A stretch of 64,000 bases of DNA, taken from contig JACOXU010000001.1 in assembly GCA_016182185.1 (NCBI GenBank), positions 338,915 to 402,914 of the forward strand, given 5' to 3'. This stretch comes from Candidatus Levyibacteriota bacterium. GTDB lineage: Bacteria > Patescibacteriota > Microgenomatia > Levybacterales > UBA12049. The notes below the pieces were generated by a model that had not been told where the DNA came from, did no database searches, and saw only the letters and a list, made by a program, of their open reading frames with translations. Each line of letters begins with the position of its first letter. The first letter of the stretch is position 1. A program made the translations under genes and the position numbers. Positions 55,112-63,496 of the stretch are shown here, one piece after another.

Positions 55112-55140
55112 AATATATAGGAAATTTGGCGCTTTGTCAA
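55112..55140 (-). promoter_or_regulatory. sigma70-type promoter TTGACA-17-TATATT (minus strand) overlapping the stop codon of the upstream gene, reading into greA
   Basis: TTGACA is the reverse complement of 55135-55140. TATATT is the reverse complement of 55112-55117. The spacer is 17 nt. Confidence 0.45.
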
Positions 55141-56153
55141 TATCCTCTAGTAATAAATTTTGAGACAAGAGAATACGCTTTGTTTTTTATTTCTTCATCA
55201 ATTTTAATGTAAATAATTCCTTGATTTGGCTGCCCATAAAATACTGAAAACTTAAGAGGAGCCGCCAAAATAAGGGGCAGTACAGAAAGATCGTCTTCTC
55301 CCTTTATTTTAATAATGTAATTTTCATCACTATTCAATTCTCGAAATATTTGAGTAATTGCCAAAAAAAGTTCGGCCGTAATAGCACCTGCGGGGCTTTC
55401 AGCCTCAATAATTTTTTCCTTTCCAGAGAAACCGAGTTCAGCAATATCGGAAAATTTCTTCTTTCTTGCAACCTTAAAATCAATTATCGAAATGGTTGGT
55501 CTGACTCCAATATTATTGAAGGTTTTTGCTGTTTCGTCGCCGACCGCAGTTAGTCCAAAATTTTTTGGTAGTTTCTTTTCATCAATCTGAACAATTAGCT
55601 TTCCCCATGGATCTTTAAGTTTATCTCTTAAATCCTGAGGAAGAAATAAGGTTTTATTAAGCCAGGTTGGTTTTACATAAAGCTTTCCCCTTCTGTCTAT
55701 TTCGCCATTTCTTATTCTAAACGATGAGATTGGTTTTTTATCTTCTGCCAAAATCTGAGGAGAAATTATTATTTTAAATTGGTGCAACCCTCTTTTTATT
55801 CTTTCACCATTGATCTTTTCAGCGCCAGCTCTTGTATTTTTAGAAACTAAGATAGCATCTGCATAAAAATCCTTATCTAAAGTCGTGCCAAACATATCAT
55901 ATATTCTAATAATTTCGAATTTAGTCACTGCGATTTTATTTAAGAAATTCTCAACCGATTTTTTTCTTTCTCCATAAGATTCAATATTTTTTATTTTTGA
56001 TTTTTTATTTTTGATTTTTCCGACATAGGCATCACTTGTCACTCCCACGATTAATCTCCCGCTAATAGATAAACCATGCTTCAAAAAGCTCTCGTGTCCT
56101 TTATGAAAATGGTCAAATGTCCCTCCTAAGACAATTGTTTTAAATTTTTTCAT
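55137..56153 (-). CDS. bifunctional archaeal-type phosphopantetheine adenylyltransferase (N-terminal) fused to DUF359 GTP-dependent dephospho-CoA kinase-like domain (C-terminal)
   Basis: N-terminus KTIVLGGTFDHFHKGHESFL...VGVTSD is the archaeal/eukaryotic PPAT HxGH class. The C-terminal 170 aa have VGDETA and KGEDDLSVLPLILAAP...YGQPNQGII blocks resembling DUF359. Start taken at the internal Met to reduce overlap. Confidence 0.65.
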   Translation of the reverse strand: MKKFKTIVLGGTFDHFHKGHESFLKHGLSISGRLIVGVTSDAYVGKIKNKKSKIKNIESYGERKKSVENFLNKIAVTKFEIIRIYDMFGTTLDKDFYADAILVSKNTRAGAEKINGERIKRGLHQFKIIISPQILAEDKKPISSFRIRNGEIDRRGKLYVKPTWLNKTLFLPQDLRDKLKDPWGKLIVQIDEKKLPKNFGLTAVGDETAKTFNNIGVRPTISIIDFKVARKKKFSDIAELGFSGKEKIIEAESPAGAITAELFLAITQIFRELNSDENYIIKIKGEDDLSVLPLILAAPLKFSVFYGQPNQGIIYIKIDEEIKNKAYSLVSKFITRGY

Positions 56154-57021
56154 ATATTTTAAGTCTCTCTTCAAAACGCAAGATTGTCTGCTTATTATAA
56201 TCTATTGGATGAAACGCCAAAAGCGTATCAGATATTGTTTCGATGGTTTTATGTTTGTTTATAAAATAAAGCTGGATTTTTTTTGATATAAATTCAAGAT
56301 GCAGTAAGTGCAGAACAGAAACAAAAAGAAATGTAATAAAAGAGTCATTTTTACTTGGAACATCAACTCTTTTTCCTTTTAAGGAATTGGGTAAAAATCG
56401 AGCTATCCAAGTATTTGCTTTTAAAAACTGCTCATAAGTATTGTTTCTTTGAAAAACTGGCAGCATCTGAACGATCTCATGTGCTGAATATAGGTTTTGT
56501 CTTTTCTTGTTCAATGTCATTTGATCTTTAGAAACAAACATATTAAGACATATTTTATTATTTATATCGCTATCTTCTCTTTCCCGGTAGCTTCCCATAA
56601 GTTTTAAAATAAGTATTAAAAATATTCTACTGATCCATAAAGTATTTTCTTTTGTGATTATAAATAGGTCAATATCATCATTTTTATCTGCATTTTTCAT
56701 GGCAAGTGCTCCACTTATTCCAATAAGCAAAATGGTTGGAAAAAACGAAATTTTTTTTATGATGCTTTGGGCAATTTTTAATTTTGATTCACTCTCTTTT
56801 TCTCTCTGAATTCTTTTTTTAATTATGCTTTCCCGGCCCAAAAGGCAATAATAATTGCCTTTTAAGAAAGCATTGTAGTCAGTAGAATACAACAATTTAT
56901 TAAAGGAATTCTGACTTTTTTTTTTACCGATTAGAAATTCGTAAATTTCGTTTTTTTTGAGAGGATAGTCGAAAATATCACTATATACGAGAGTTTTGAA
57001 GATTGCATCCTTATTGCCCAT
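56140..57021 (-). CDS. nucleotidyltransferase (Pol-beta superfamily) domain protein, function unknown
   Basis: GISGALAMKNADKNDDIDLFII fits the G[SG]x9-13DxD NTase motif. 293 aa. Confidence 0.5.
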   Translation of the reverse strand: MGNKDAIFKTLVYSDIFDYPLKKNEIYEFLIGKKKSQNSFNKLLYSTDYNAFLKGNYYCLLGRESIIKKRIQREKESESKLKIAQSIIKKISFFPTILLIGISGALAMKNADKNDDIDLFIITKENTLWISRIFLILILKLMGSYREREDSDINNKICLNMFVSKDQMTLNKKRQNLYSAHEIVQMLPVFQRNNTYEQFLKANTWIARFLPNSLKGKRVDVPSKNDSFITFLFVSVLHLLHLEFISKKIQLYFINKHKTIETISDTLLAFHPIDYNKQTILRFEERLKIYEKI

Positions 57022-58414
57022 ACTGTTTTAGCACCTGAGAAACCCCTTGGGCAAGTGTTGTGACAGCGGACTCAGCAGATGTGTTATTTGAAATTATAGA
57101 ACGTACAGCATTGCCCAAATAAGCGTTCATCTGAGAATTTAATCCATCATCATAGGTATCGCTTGCGAAAAATGAAGATTGAGTATCTTTTGCCTGAGAA
57201 ATAAAGGGATAAACTATCGGATTATCATTTAATTTCTGGGCTAGATCTTTTCTGGCATATGGCTCCCCAAAAGCCCTTGTCTTAGATGCCAAAGTAAATA
57301 GCTTCTCCATAGTTTCTGCTTTTGCCAAAAATTTTAAGAACAAAAGTGTTTCTTTTTGGTACTTGCTCTTGGCTGAAGCTCCAACTGCCCAATAGCTGGC
57401 AACGGTTGTATTTACTCCAGTCAAATGTGGAACTTGATATATTTCAAAGGCAAGTTCGGGATTCATGGCTTTTATAGCAAAATAATCCCAGGAATAACCA
57501 AAGTACATAGCTAAATTCCCTTTTGAAAAGGCAAGAATAGATGGATCTAAAGTGCTATCCCAAACCTTTTGATCTCCGATTGCAAAAGATGTATAAAATT
57601 GTAATGCATCGCTTGCATTTACCGAAGTCGAAGACATATTTTTAATATCTGCTCCGTTTTGAATTAGCAGCAATGAAACTATATCAGATGCATGAGTTAT
57701 ATTGTCATATGCTCCTAATGCCGCTCCTGAAGTCTTGATTCTTCCTGTCTCATCTACTACAGTCAAAGACCTTGCAATTTTGCCAAAATCTTCCCAATTG
57801 TTTGGTGGACTAAGACCTGCTGCCTTAAATATATCAGAATTAATATAAAGTGCGAGCGTGTCAATACCTATTGGAATTCCATATATGGCACCGTTTTTAA
57901 TCAAATCTTTTTCATTAACTTCATAAAAAGAATTTTTAAATTCATTTTTTGTGATTGTATTGTCCGGAAGGGGAAGCAGGAATTCAGAAACCATTGGAAT
58001 CCAGGTATTATGAAACGCAAATATATCCGGTCCAGTGCTGTTTTTCATTCTTGTACTTAATTTTTGTCTGTATTGCTTAACATCCTGCTTTATATAGTTA
58101 ACCGTAATATTTGGATTCTGTTTTTTAAAATCTTCAATAATCGGCTGCATAACATTACTGTCTTCCCACAAACCCCAATATGTCAGTTCAGCTTTACCTG
58201 ATGAACCCTTTTTAAAAAGTGGCAAAATGAAGTTTAGGATAATAAAAATAAAGGCCGCGATTACAACTACACCTATAATTATCTTTATTGCCATTCCCAA
58301 CCTGGAACCTTCTTGCGGATAATACTCTTCAGGTGGGAGTGGGGGTGGCGCTGGCGGCTGATTTTGAGAGATTTGGGGGTTTTGTGCACCTTGAAAAATC
58401 GTATTTTCATTCAT
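57011..58414 (-). CDS. extracellular solute-binding protein (family 1, sugar-binding type), membrane-anchored, orphan
   Basis: After a TM anchor the sequence follows the MalE-like SBP pattern (TYWGLWED...PDIFAFHNTWIP...AIYGIPIGIDTLALYIN). The Met-21 start was chosen to avoid divergent overlap with the VanW gene. Confidence 0.7.
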   Translation of the reverse strand: MNENTIFQGAQNPQISQNQPPAPPPLPPEEYYPQEGSRLGMAIKIIIGVVVIAAFIFIILNFILPLFKKGSSGKAELTYWGLWEDSNVMQPIIEDFKKQNPNITVNYIKQDVKQYRQKLSTRMKNSTGPDIFAFHNTWIPMVSEFLLPLPDNTITKNEFKNSFYEVNEKDLIKNGAIYGIPIGIDTLALYINSDIFKAAGLSPPNNWEDFGKIARSLTVVDETGRIKTSGAALGAYDNITHASDIVSLLLIQNGADIKNMSSTSVNASDALQFYTSFAIGDQKVWDSTLDPSILAFSKGNLAMYFGYSWDYFAIKAMNPELAFEIYQVPHLTGVNTTVASYWAVGASAKSKYQKETLLFLKFLAKAETMEKLFTLASKTRAFGEPYARKDLAQKLNDNPIVYPFISQAKDTQSSFFASDTYDDGLNSQMNAYLGNAVRSIISNNTSAESAVTTLAQGVSQVLKQYGQ

Positions 58415-58448
58415 GAATATAGTATAATACCAAAAAGATATCATATCA

Positions 58449-59867
58449 ATGAAAAAGAAAGATCTTAGGATCAAAAAAATACTTAAAATAACAAGAGTTA
58501 TTTTTTGGTTCTTTATTGGTGTTTTTTTAGGATTATTTCTCTTTATCAGCTTCTCTTTTCTTCTGTTTAAACAAATCTACAATCATAAAGTATATCCAGG
58601 TGTTGCCATAAACGGAGTTGATTTCGGAGGAAAAAAAGAGGAAGAGATATTGAAGCATTTCAGAGACAAAAATAGTCTGATCTCTGAAACAAAATTTGTA
58701 TTCTTATCAGACGGCGATACTGCTACAGTTTCTGCCAAAGAAATTGAGCTCGGATATGACGAAAATCTTATCAGTACTCAGACAATAAGCATTGGTAGAT
58801 CTAAAAATAATTTCTCAAATATTAGCCTTATTATCCAGGCATATATAAACAGGGTGAATTTGCCTGCCTCGTATCGTTATTCTGAAGAAAAGCTTATGGG
58901 AATTATTTCACCTATGATAAAAAGAATTCATGTAGACCCTGTAGATTCATTATTTAATTTTCAGAATGGAAGGGTTACTGTTTTTAAGCCATCTCAGGAT
59001 GGTAAAACTGTTGATATGGAAAAACTTAAAGCAAAAATTGAGAACAAACTACTGATTGCAGCAACTTCTACCCAACCTCAAACCTTGGCTATTGTGCTTC
59101 CGATAAAAATTTTAAAACCAAAAGTTACAACAGAAGACGCTAATGATCTTGGAATAAGAGAACTTGTTGGAGTTGGAACTTCTCTATTTCAGCACTCAAT
59201 TCCAAATAGAATCTTCAATGTCACTCTTGCCTCAACCAGACTAAATGGAATTCTTGTTGCGCCTGATGAAGTATTTTCTTTCAATAAAGCCCTGGGTGAT
59301 ATCTCTGCATTTACGGGTTATCAGCAGGCATACATTATTCTAAACGGGAAAACCGTACTCGGAGACGGAGGAGGAGTTTGTCAAGTATCAACTACTCTTT
59401 TCCGAGCAATTTTGGATGCAGGATTGCCGATCATAGAGAGACAGGCTCATGCGTATAGGGTCGGTTATTACGAACAAGATTCTCCTGCCGGTATTGATGC
59501 TACAGTGTTTTCTCCCAGTGTTGACTTAAAGTTTAAAAATGATACTGGAAACTATATACTTATACAGACTTTTATAGACCCGAGTATTTTAAAATTAACT
59601 TTTTCTCTATATGGAACTCGGGATGGAAGAAAAGTAATTCTAGGAAAACCGGTTATAACCAAACAAACTCCTCCTCTTCCTGATGTGCACCAGGATGATC
59701 CAACTCTTCAAAAAGGAATAGTAAAACAAGCAGATTTTGCTGCGTGGGGCGCGAGTGTTTATTTCACAAGAGAAGTTATCAAAGATAATAAAGTCGTTAT
59801 TTCAGATAAATTTGTCTCAAACTACCGCCCTTGGGCTGCAGTATATCTTCACGGAACCAAAGAGTGA
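58449..59867 (+). CDS. VanW family protein
   Basis: GGGVCQVSTTLFRAILDAGLPI is the VanW core. N-terminal TM. 472 aa. Confidence 0.8.
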   Translation: MKKKDLRIKKILKITRVIFWFFIGVFLGLFLFISFSFLLFKQIYNHKVYPGVAINGVDFGGKKEEEILKHFRDKNSLISETKFVFLSDGDTATVSAKEIELGYDENLISTQTISIGRSKNNFSNISLIIQAYINRVNLPASYRYSEEKLMGIISPMIKRIHVDPVDSLFNFQNGRVTVFKPSQDGKTVDMEKLKAKIENKLLIAATSTQPQTLAIVLPIKILKPKVTTEDANDLGIRELVGVGTSLFQHSIPNRIFNVTLASTRLNGILVAPDEVFSFNKALGDISAFTGYQQAYIILNGKTVLGDGGGVCQVSTTLFRAILDAGLPIIERQAHAYRVGYYEQDSPAGIDATVFSPSVDLKFKNDTGNYILIQTFIDPSILKLTFSLYGTRDGRKVILGKPVITKQTPPLPDVHQDDPTLQKGIVKQADFAAWGASVYFTREVIKDNKVVISDKFVSNYRPWAAVYLHGTKE

Positions 59868-59907
59868 TGGTTTTGAAATTTTGATATTTAAAAATTGAGA
59901 TTTGTTT

Positions 59908-59935
59908 AGAAATTAGAAATTAGGATTTGGAAATT
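59908..59935. repeat. heptamer tandem repeat (AGAAATT x2, AGGATTT, GGAAATT) immediately upstream of start codon
   Basis: Read directly. Confidence 0.8.
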
Positions 59936-60412
59936 ATGAATCGAATTATTAAACCGAAAGAGGCAATCAAGGTAAGCAAAGAATTTAAAAAACAGGGGAA
60001 AAAAATTGTCCTGGTCGGTGGCTGTTTTGACATTGTTCATATTGGACATATAAAATTTTTGGAAAATTCTAAAAAGAAAGGAGACATACTTTTCGTACTT
60101 CTTGAAAGCAATGAAAAAGTAAAAAAACTCAAAGGAGAAGGAAGGCCGATAAATTCTCAGATTGAAAGAGCATATGTTTTGCAGTCTATAAAATATATAG
60201 ATTACGTGATTTTACTCCCAAATATGAAAAATGATGACGATTATGATAAACTAATAAGCCAATTAAAGCCCGGGGTCATTGCGACCATAAAAAACGACTC
60301 TATGATAGAACATAAAAAAAGACAGGCCAAGCTTGTTGGGGCAAAAATCAGATACGCTATGTCGCGAATTAAAAATAAATCTACAACTCAATTGGTAAAA
60401 CTTATTAAATAA
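59936..60412 (+). CDS. cytidylyltransferase-like protein (RfaE domain II / TagD-like HxGH nucleotidyltransferase)
   Basis: VLVGGCFDIVHIGHIKFL HxGH motif. About 160 aa. Confidence 0.7.
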   Translation: MNRIIKPKEAIKVSKEFKKQGKKIVLVGGCFDIVHIGHIKFLENSKKKGDILFVLLESNEKVKKLKGEGRPINSQIERAYVLQSIKYIDYVILLPNMKNDDDYDKLISQLKPGVIATIKNDSMIEHKKRQAKLVGAKIRYAMSRIKNKSTTQLVKLIK

Positions 60413-60418
60413 AATTTA

Positions 60419-60892
60419 ATGAAAAAAATTTTAATAATTCTTGCTGTCCTTTTCGTTCTTGTACTTGGATTGGTAATCTTTCAAGCTATTTTCAAAAATA
60501 ACCCACCCTTCCAAAAGACACCAACAGTCATCATAGGAAACCAGAAATTTAAACTTTACGTCGTAAAGGAACCTAAAGACCAGCAAATTGGACTATCAAA
60601 ATATGAAAACATTCCCCAAGATTACGGTATGCTTTTTATTTTTGATAAAGCAGACTACCATTCATTCTGGATGAAAAAAATGAAATTCCCTATCGATATT
60701 ATTTATATTCGTAATGATCAGATAGTTACTATTTTAAAAAACATTTCTCCCCCAAAAACAGAATTTGAAAGTATTCCGATTTACAAACCGACCGTACCGG
60801 CTGATAGAGTTTTAGAGATAAACGCAGGATTGGCAGAAAAATACAATTTTAAAGAAAAAGATAGCGTTAGATATGAAAATCTTGGGAATTGA
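60419..60892 (+). CDS. DUF192 domain protein
   Basis: MLFIFDKADYHSFWMKKMKFPIDIIYI matches the DUF192 core. N-terminal TM. Confidence 0.7.
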   Translation: MKKILIILAVLFVLVLGLVIFQAIFKNNPPFQKTPTVIIGNQKFKLYVVKEPKDQQIGLSKYENIPQDYGMLFIFDKADYHSFWMKKMKFPIDIIYIRNDQIVTILKNISPPKTEFESIPIYKPTVPADRVLEINAGLAEKYNFKEKDSVRYENLGN

Positions 60893-61913
60893 AACGTCTT
60901 GCGATGAGACAGGCGCAGCAGTTATAGAAGCGTTCCCCCACAAAAAGTACGTAAAAGTTTTGGCAAACATTATTTCTTCATCTCTTTTTCTTCATAAAAA
61001 GACAGGGGGGATAATCCCTGAGATTGCAGCACGTGAACAAATTAAATATATAATTCCGGTTATTCAAGAAACAATTGAGCAATGTAACAATTCAACAATT
61101 GACGATATTGATGCTATTGCCGTTACAGTAGGTCCCGGACTTATAGGATCTCTTCTTGTAGGTGTTGAGACTGCTAAAACACTTTCCTTTCTCTTTAGAA
61201 AACCAATAATTCCGGTAAATCACCTTTATGGCCACATCTATGCAAACTTTGTTTATGAAGCGCAAAAAACGAAAAATGAAAAACAGATAGAATTTCCGGC
61301 GGTTGCATTAGTCGTTTCGGGTGGACATACTGATTTGGTTCTTATGAAAGGTCATGGAAACCTAAAATGGTTAGGCGGAACCCGTGATGATGCAGCAGGA
61401 GAGGCATTTGATAAAATTGGCAGACTTCTTAATCTTCCCTATCCCGGTGGACCCTCGATTGAAAAAGTATCTCTGGATGGCGACCCGAAAGCTTTTAAGT
61501 TTCCCAGGCCTTTGATTGACTCGGGAGATTTTGATTTTTCATTTTCAGGACTTAAAACTGCAGTTTTTAGTAAGTTTAAAACAATGAAAAAACTTGACGA
61601 TCAAATAATTGCAGATATTTCAGCCTCTGTTCAACAAGCAGTTATCGATGTTTTAGTAGAAAAAACTATAAATGCCGCTCGTGAATATAAAGTCAAATCT
61701 ATTTTACTAGGTGGTGGTGTAGCCGCAAATCAAAAATTAAGAGATGAATTTAAATCGTCAATAGTCAATAGTCAATCATCAATCAAGCTTTTCGTCCCAC
61801 CGAAAAGATTGTGCACCGATAATGCTGCTATGATTGCAATGGCAGGCTTTTTCAACCATAAATCTGTCGATTGGCAAAAAATCTCAGCAGATCCGGAACT
61901 TTACTTCGATTGA
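60873..61913 (+). CDS. tsaD: tRNA N6-adenosine threonylcarbamoyltransferase TsaD
   Basis: MKILGIETSCDETGAAV N-terminus and HxxGH metal motifs of Kae1/TsaD. Overlaps DUF192 by 20 nt. Confidence 0.9.
   Translation: MKILGIETSCDETGAAVIEAFPHKKYVKVLANIISSSLFLHKKTGGIIPEIAAREQIKYIIPVIQETIEQCNNSTIDDIDAIAVTVGPGLIGSLLVGVETAKTLSFLFRKPIIPVNHLYGHIYANFVYEAQKTKNEKQIEFPAVALVVSGGHTDLVLMKGHGNLKWLGGTRDDAAGEAFDKIGRLLNLPYPGGPSIEKVSLDGDPKAFKFPRPLIDSGDFDFSFSGLKTAVFSKFKTMKKLDDQIIADISASVQQAVIDVLVEKTINAAREYKVKSILLGGGVAANQKLRDEFKSSIVNSQSSIKLFVPPKRLCTDNAAMIAMAGFFNHKSVDWQKISADPELYFD
61758..61785. repeat. heptamer tandem repeat (CAATAGT x2, CAATCAT, CAATCAA) inside tsaD coding sequence
   Basis: Read directly. Encodes IVNSQSSIKL. 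Confidence 0.8.
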
Positions 61914-61941
61914 TCACCATTTTGTGATAAAATAAATTACT

Positions 61942-62997
61942 GTGCAATCTCAATTAACCACTGCGATAATTTTAGCTGTAATAGGATTTATAATTTTACT
62001 TTATTTTATCAACAAGAGATTCTCCGAACTTAAAAAGCCCCAGGAAAATGAAGCGCTTCTTGAATGGCTCAAAAGCATGCAATCTTCTCTGGAATCAACT
62101 AATAAAACCATAAATGAGGCCCTAAAAAGTAGTTCCAACAACATGGTAAAGACCCTACAGGAAAATTCAAAACAGCTTAACGAACGGCTCGATAAGGCTG
62201 CGACTGTAATACGGGACGTAGGTAAGGAGGTTGGTCAGATGAGTGAAATAGGAAGGAACATGAAAGAACTTCAAGATTTTCTTAAAAGCCCGAAGCTCCG
62301 CGGGAATATTGGAGAACAAGTGCTGAAAGATCTAATAACCCAGATGTTTCCAAAAAACAGTTTCCATCTTCAATATCAATTCAAATCAGGTGAACGAGTT
62401 GATGCTGCTATAAAAACCGATGCGGGAATTCTTCCAATTGACTCAAAATTTCCCATGGAAAACTTCCAAAAAATGACAAAATCGCAAAATGAAAAAGAAA
62501 AGAACGAAGCAAAAAAGGAATTCATAAGAGATATCAAAAGACATATCGATGCGATATCCAAAAAATATATTTTGCCGGATGAAGGAACTATGGATTTTGC
62601 CCTGATGTATGTTCCGAGCGAAACTGTATTCTACGAATTAGTGAACATGACCGAAATTATTGATTATGCACGTAAATCACGTGTCTATGTCGTTTCGCCA
62701 AATACTTTATACACTCATCTTCAGACAATCCTGCTTTCTTTTGAAGGAAGAAAAATTGAAGCTCAATCAAAACAGATATTTAGACTTCTTCGAGCCCTTC
62801 AAATTGACTACGATAAAGTTGAGGAGAATATCGGAGTGCTTGGTAAGCATATTAATAATGCATCCTCGCAATTTAATAATGTCACTGGTGGTTTTCTTAA
62901 ACTTGGACAAAAACTTCAGTCTGCAGGAAATCTAGAAGAAAATGTAGTTAAAAAATTATCAGAAATAAAGAAGGGGGGTGATATAGATGAACAATAA
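61942..62997 (+). CDS. rmuC: DNA recombination protein RmuC
   Basis: N-terminal TM, long coiled coil, and a C-terminal RmuC nuclease-like core (DFALMYVPSE...VSPNTLYTHLQTI). Confidence 0.8.
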   Translation: MQSQLTTAIILAVIGFIILLYFINKRFSELKKPQENEALLEWLKSMQSSLESTNKTINEALKSSSNNMVKTLQENSKQLNERLDKAATVIRDVGKEVGQMSEIGRNMKELQDFLKSPKLRGNIGEQVLKDLITQMFPKNSFHLQYQFKSGERVDAAIKTDAGILPIDSKFPMENFQKMTKSQNEKEKNEAKKEFIRDIKRHIDAISKKYILPDEGTMDFALMYVPSETVFYELVNMTEIIDYARKSRVYVVSPNTLYTHLQTILLSFEGRKIEAQSKQIFRLLRALQIDYDKVEENIGVLGKHINNASSQFNNVTGGFLKLGQKLQSAGNLEENVVKKLSEIKKGGDIDEQ

Positions 62998-63436
62998 AAC
63001 ATTAGTTACAATTATCGTTGTTTTACTTATTGCAGGAGTAGTAATTGTAGTCGGCGGAAGTTTTTTTAATAAGAAAACTTCTCCAGAATCAAATACCAAT
63101 ACTTCAACTCAACAACAAACCCAACAACAGCCTAAAGCAGGTGAAATTACAACTGTAAATAATGAGAAAATCATGACAATTAATGCAACCGATTCAGGCT
63201 TTGAACCAAACAAAGTTACTATCAAAACAGGGACAAGAGTACTTTGGACAAGTTCGAGTGATAAGACCGTTGCAATTGCGTCGGATGATCACCCAACCCA
63301 TCAGAAATACCCGCCTCTTAATTTGGGAGGTTTTGAAAAGGGATCATCGGTTCAGCTTGTTTTCGACAAGCCAGGCACCTACACATACCATGACCACCTA
63401 AATCCAAATAATAAAGGGACGGTTGTAGTTGAATAA
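62987..63436 (+). CDS. membrane-anchored cupredoxin-like domain protein (no canonical Cu-ligand Cys)
   Basis: 149 aa. TM anchor, a Q/T-rich linker, and a C-terminal beta-sandwich-like segment ending GTYTYHDHLNPNNKGTVVVE. SD AAGGGGGGTGA upstream. Confidence 0.5.
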   Translation: MNNKTLVTIIVVLLIAGVVIVVGGSFFNKKTSPESNTNTSTQQQTQQQPKAGEITTVNNEKIMTINATDSGFEPNKVTIKTGTRVLWTSSSDKTVAIASDDHPTHQKYPPLNLGGFEKGSSVQLVFDKPGTYTYHDHLNPNNKGTVVVE

Positions 63437-63447
63437 TCTAAATCTAT

Positions 63448-63478
63448 TAGATAAACATTTATCTAATGGATGGTTTTT
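63448..63478 (+). terminator. hairpin TTAGATAAA-cat-TTTATCTAA followed by T-rich tract
   Basis: Read directly. 9-bp perfect stem and a 3-nt loop. The T7 run begins about 8 nt after the stem. Confidence 0.45.
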
Positions 63479-63496
63479 TTGTGCTAAAATACCTTG

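Noticed and set aside
56140-57021. Considered the Pol-beta NTase as a CBASS CD-NTase or MNT toxin-antitoxin component
   Set aside because: No adjacent effector, HEPN or E1/E2/JAB genes. It is embedded in a housekeeping-like operon with the PPAT fusion and a solute-binding protein, so it is kept as a generic nucleotidyltransferase.
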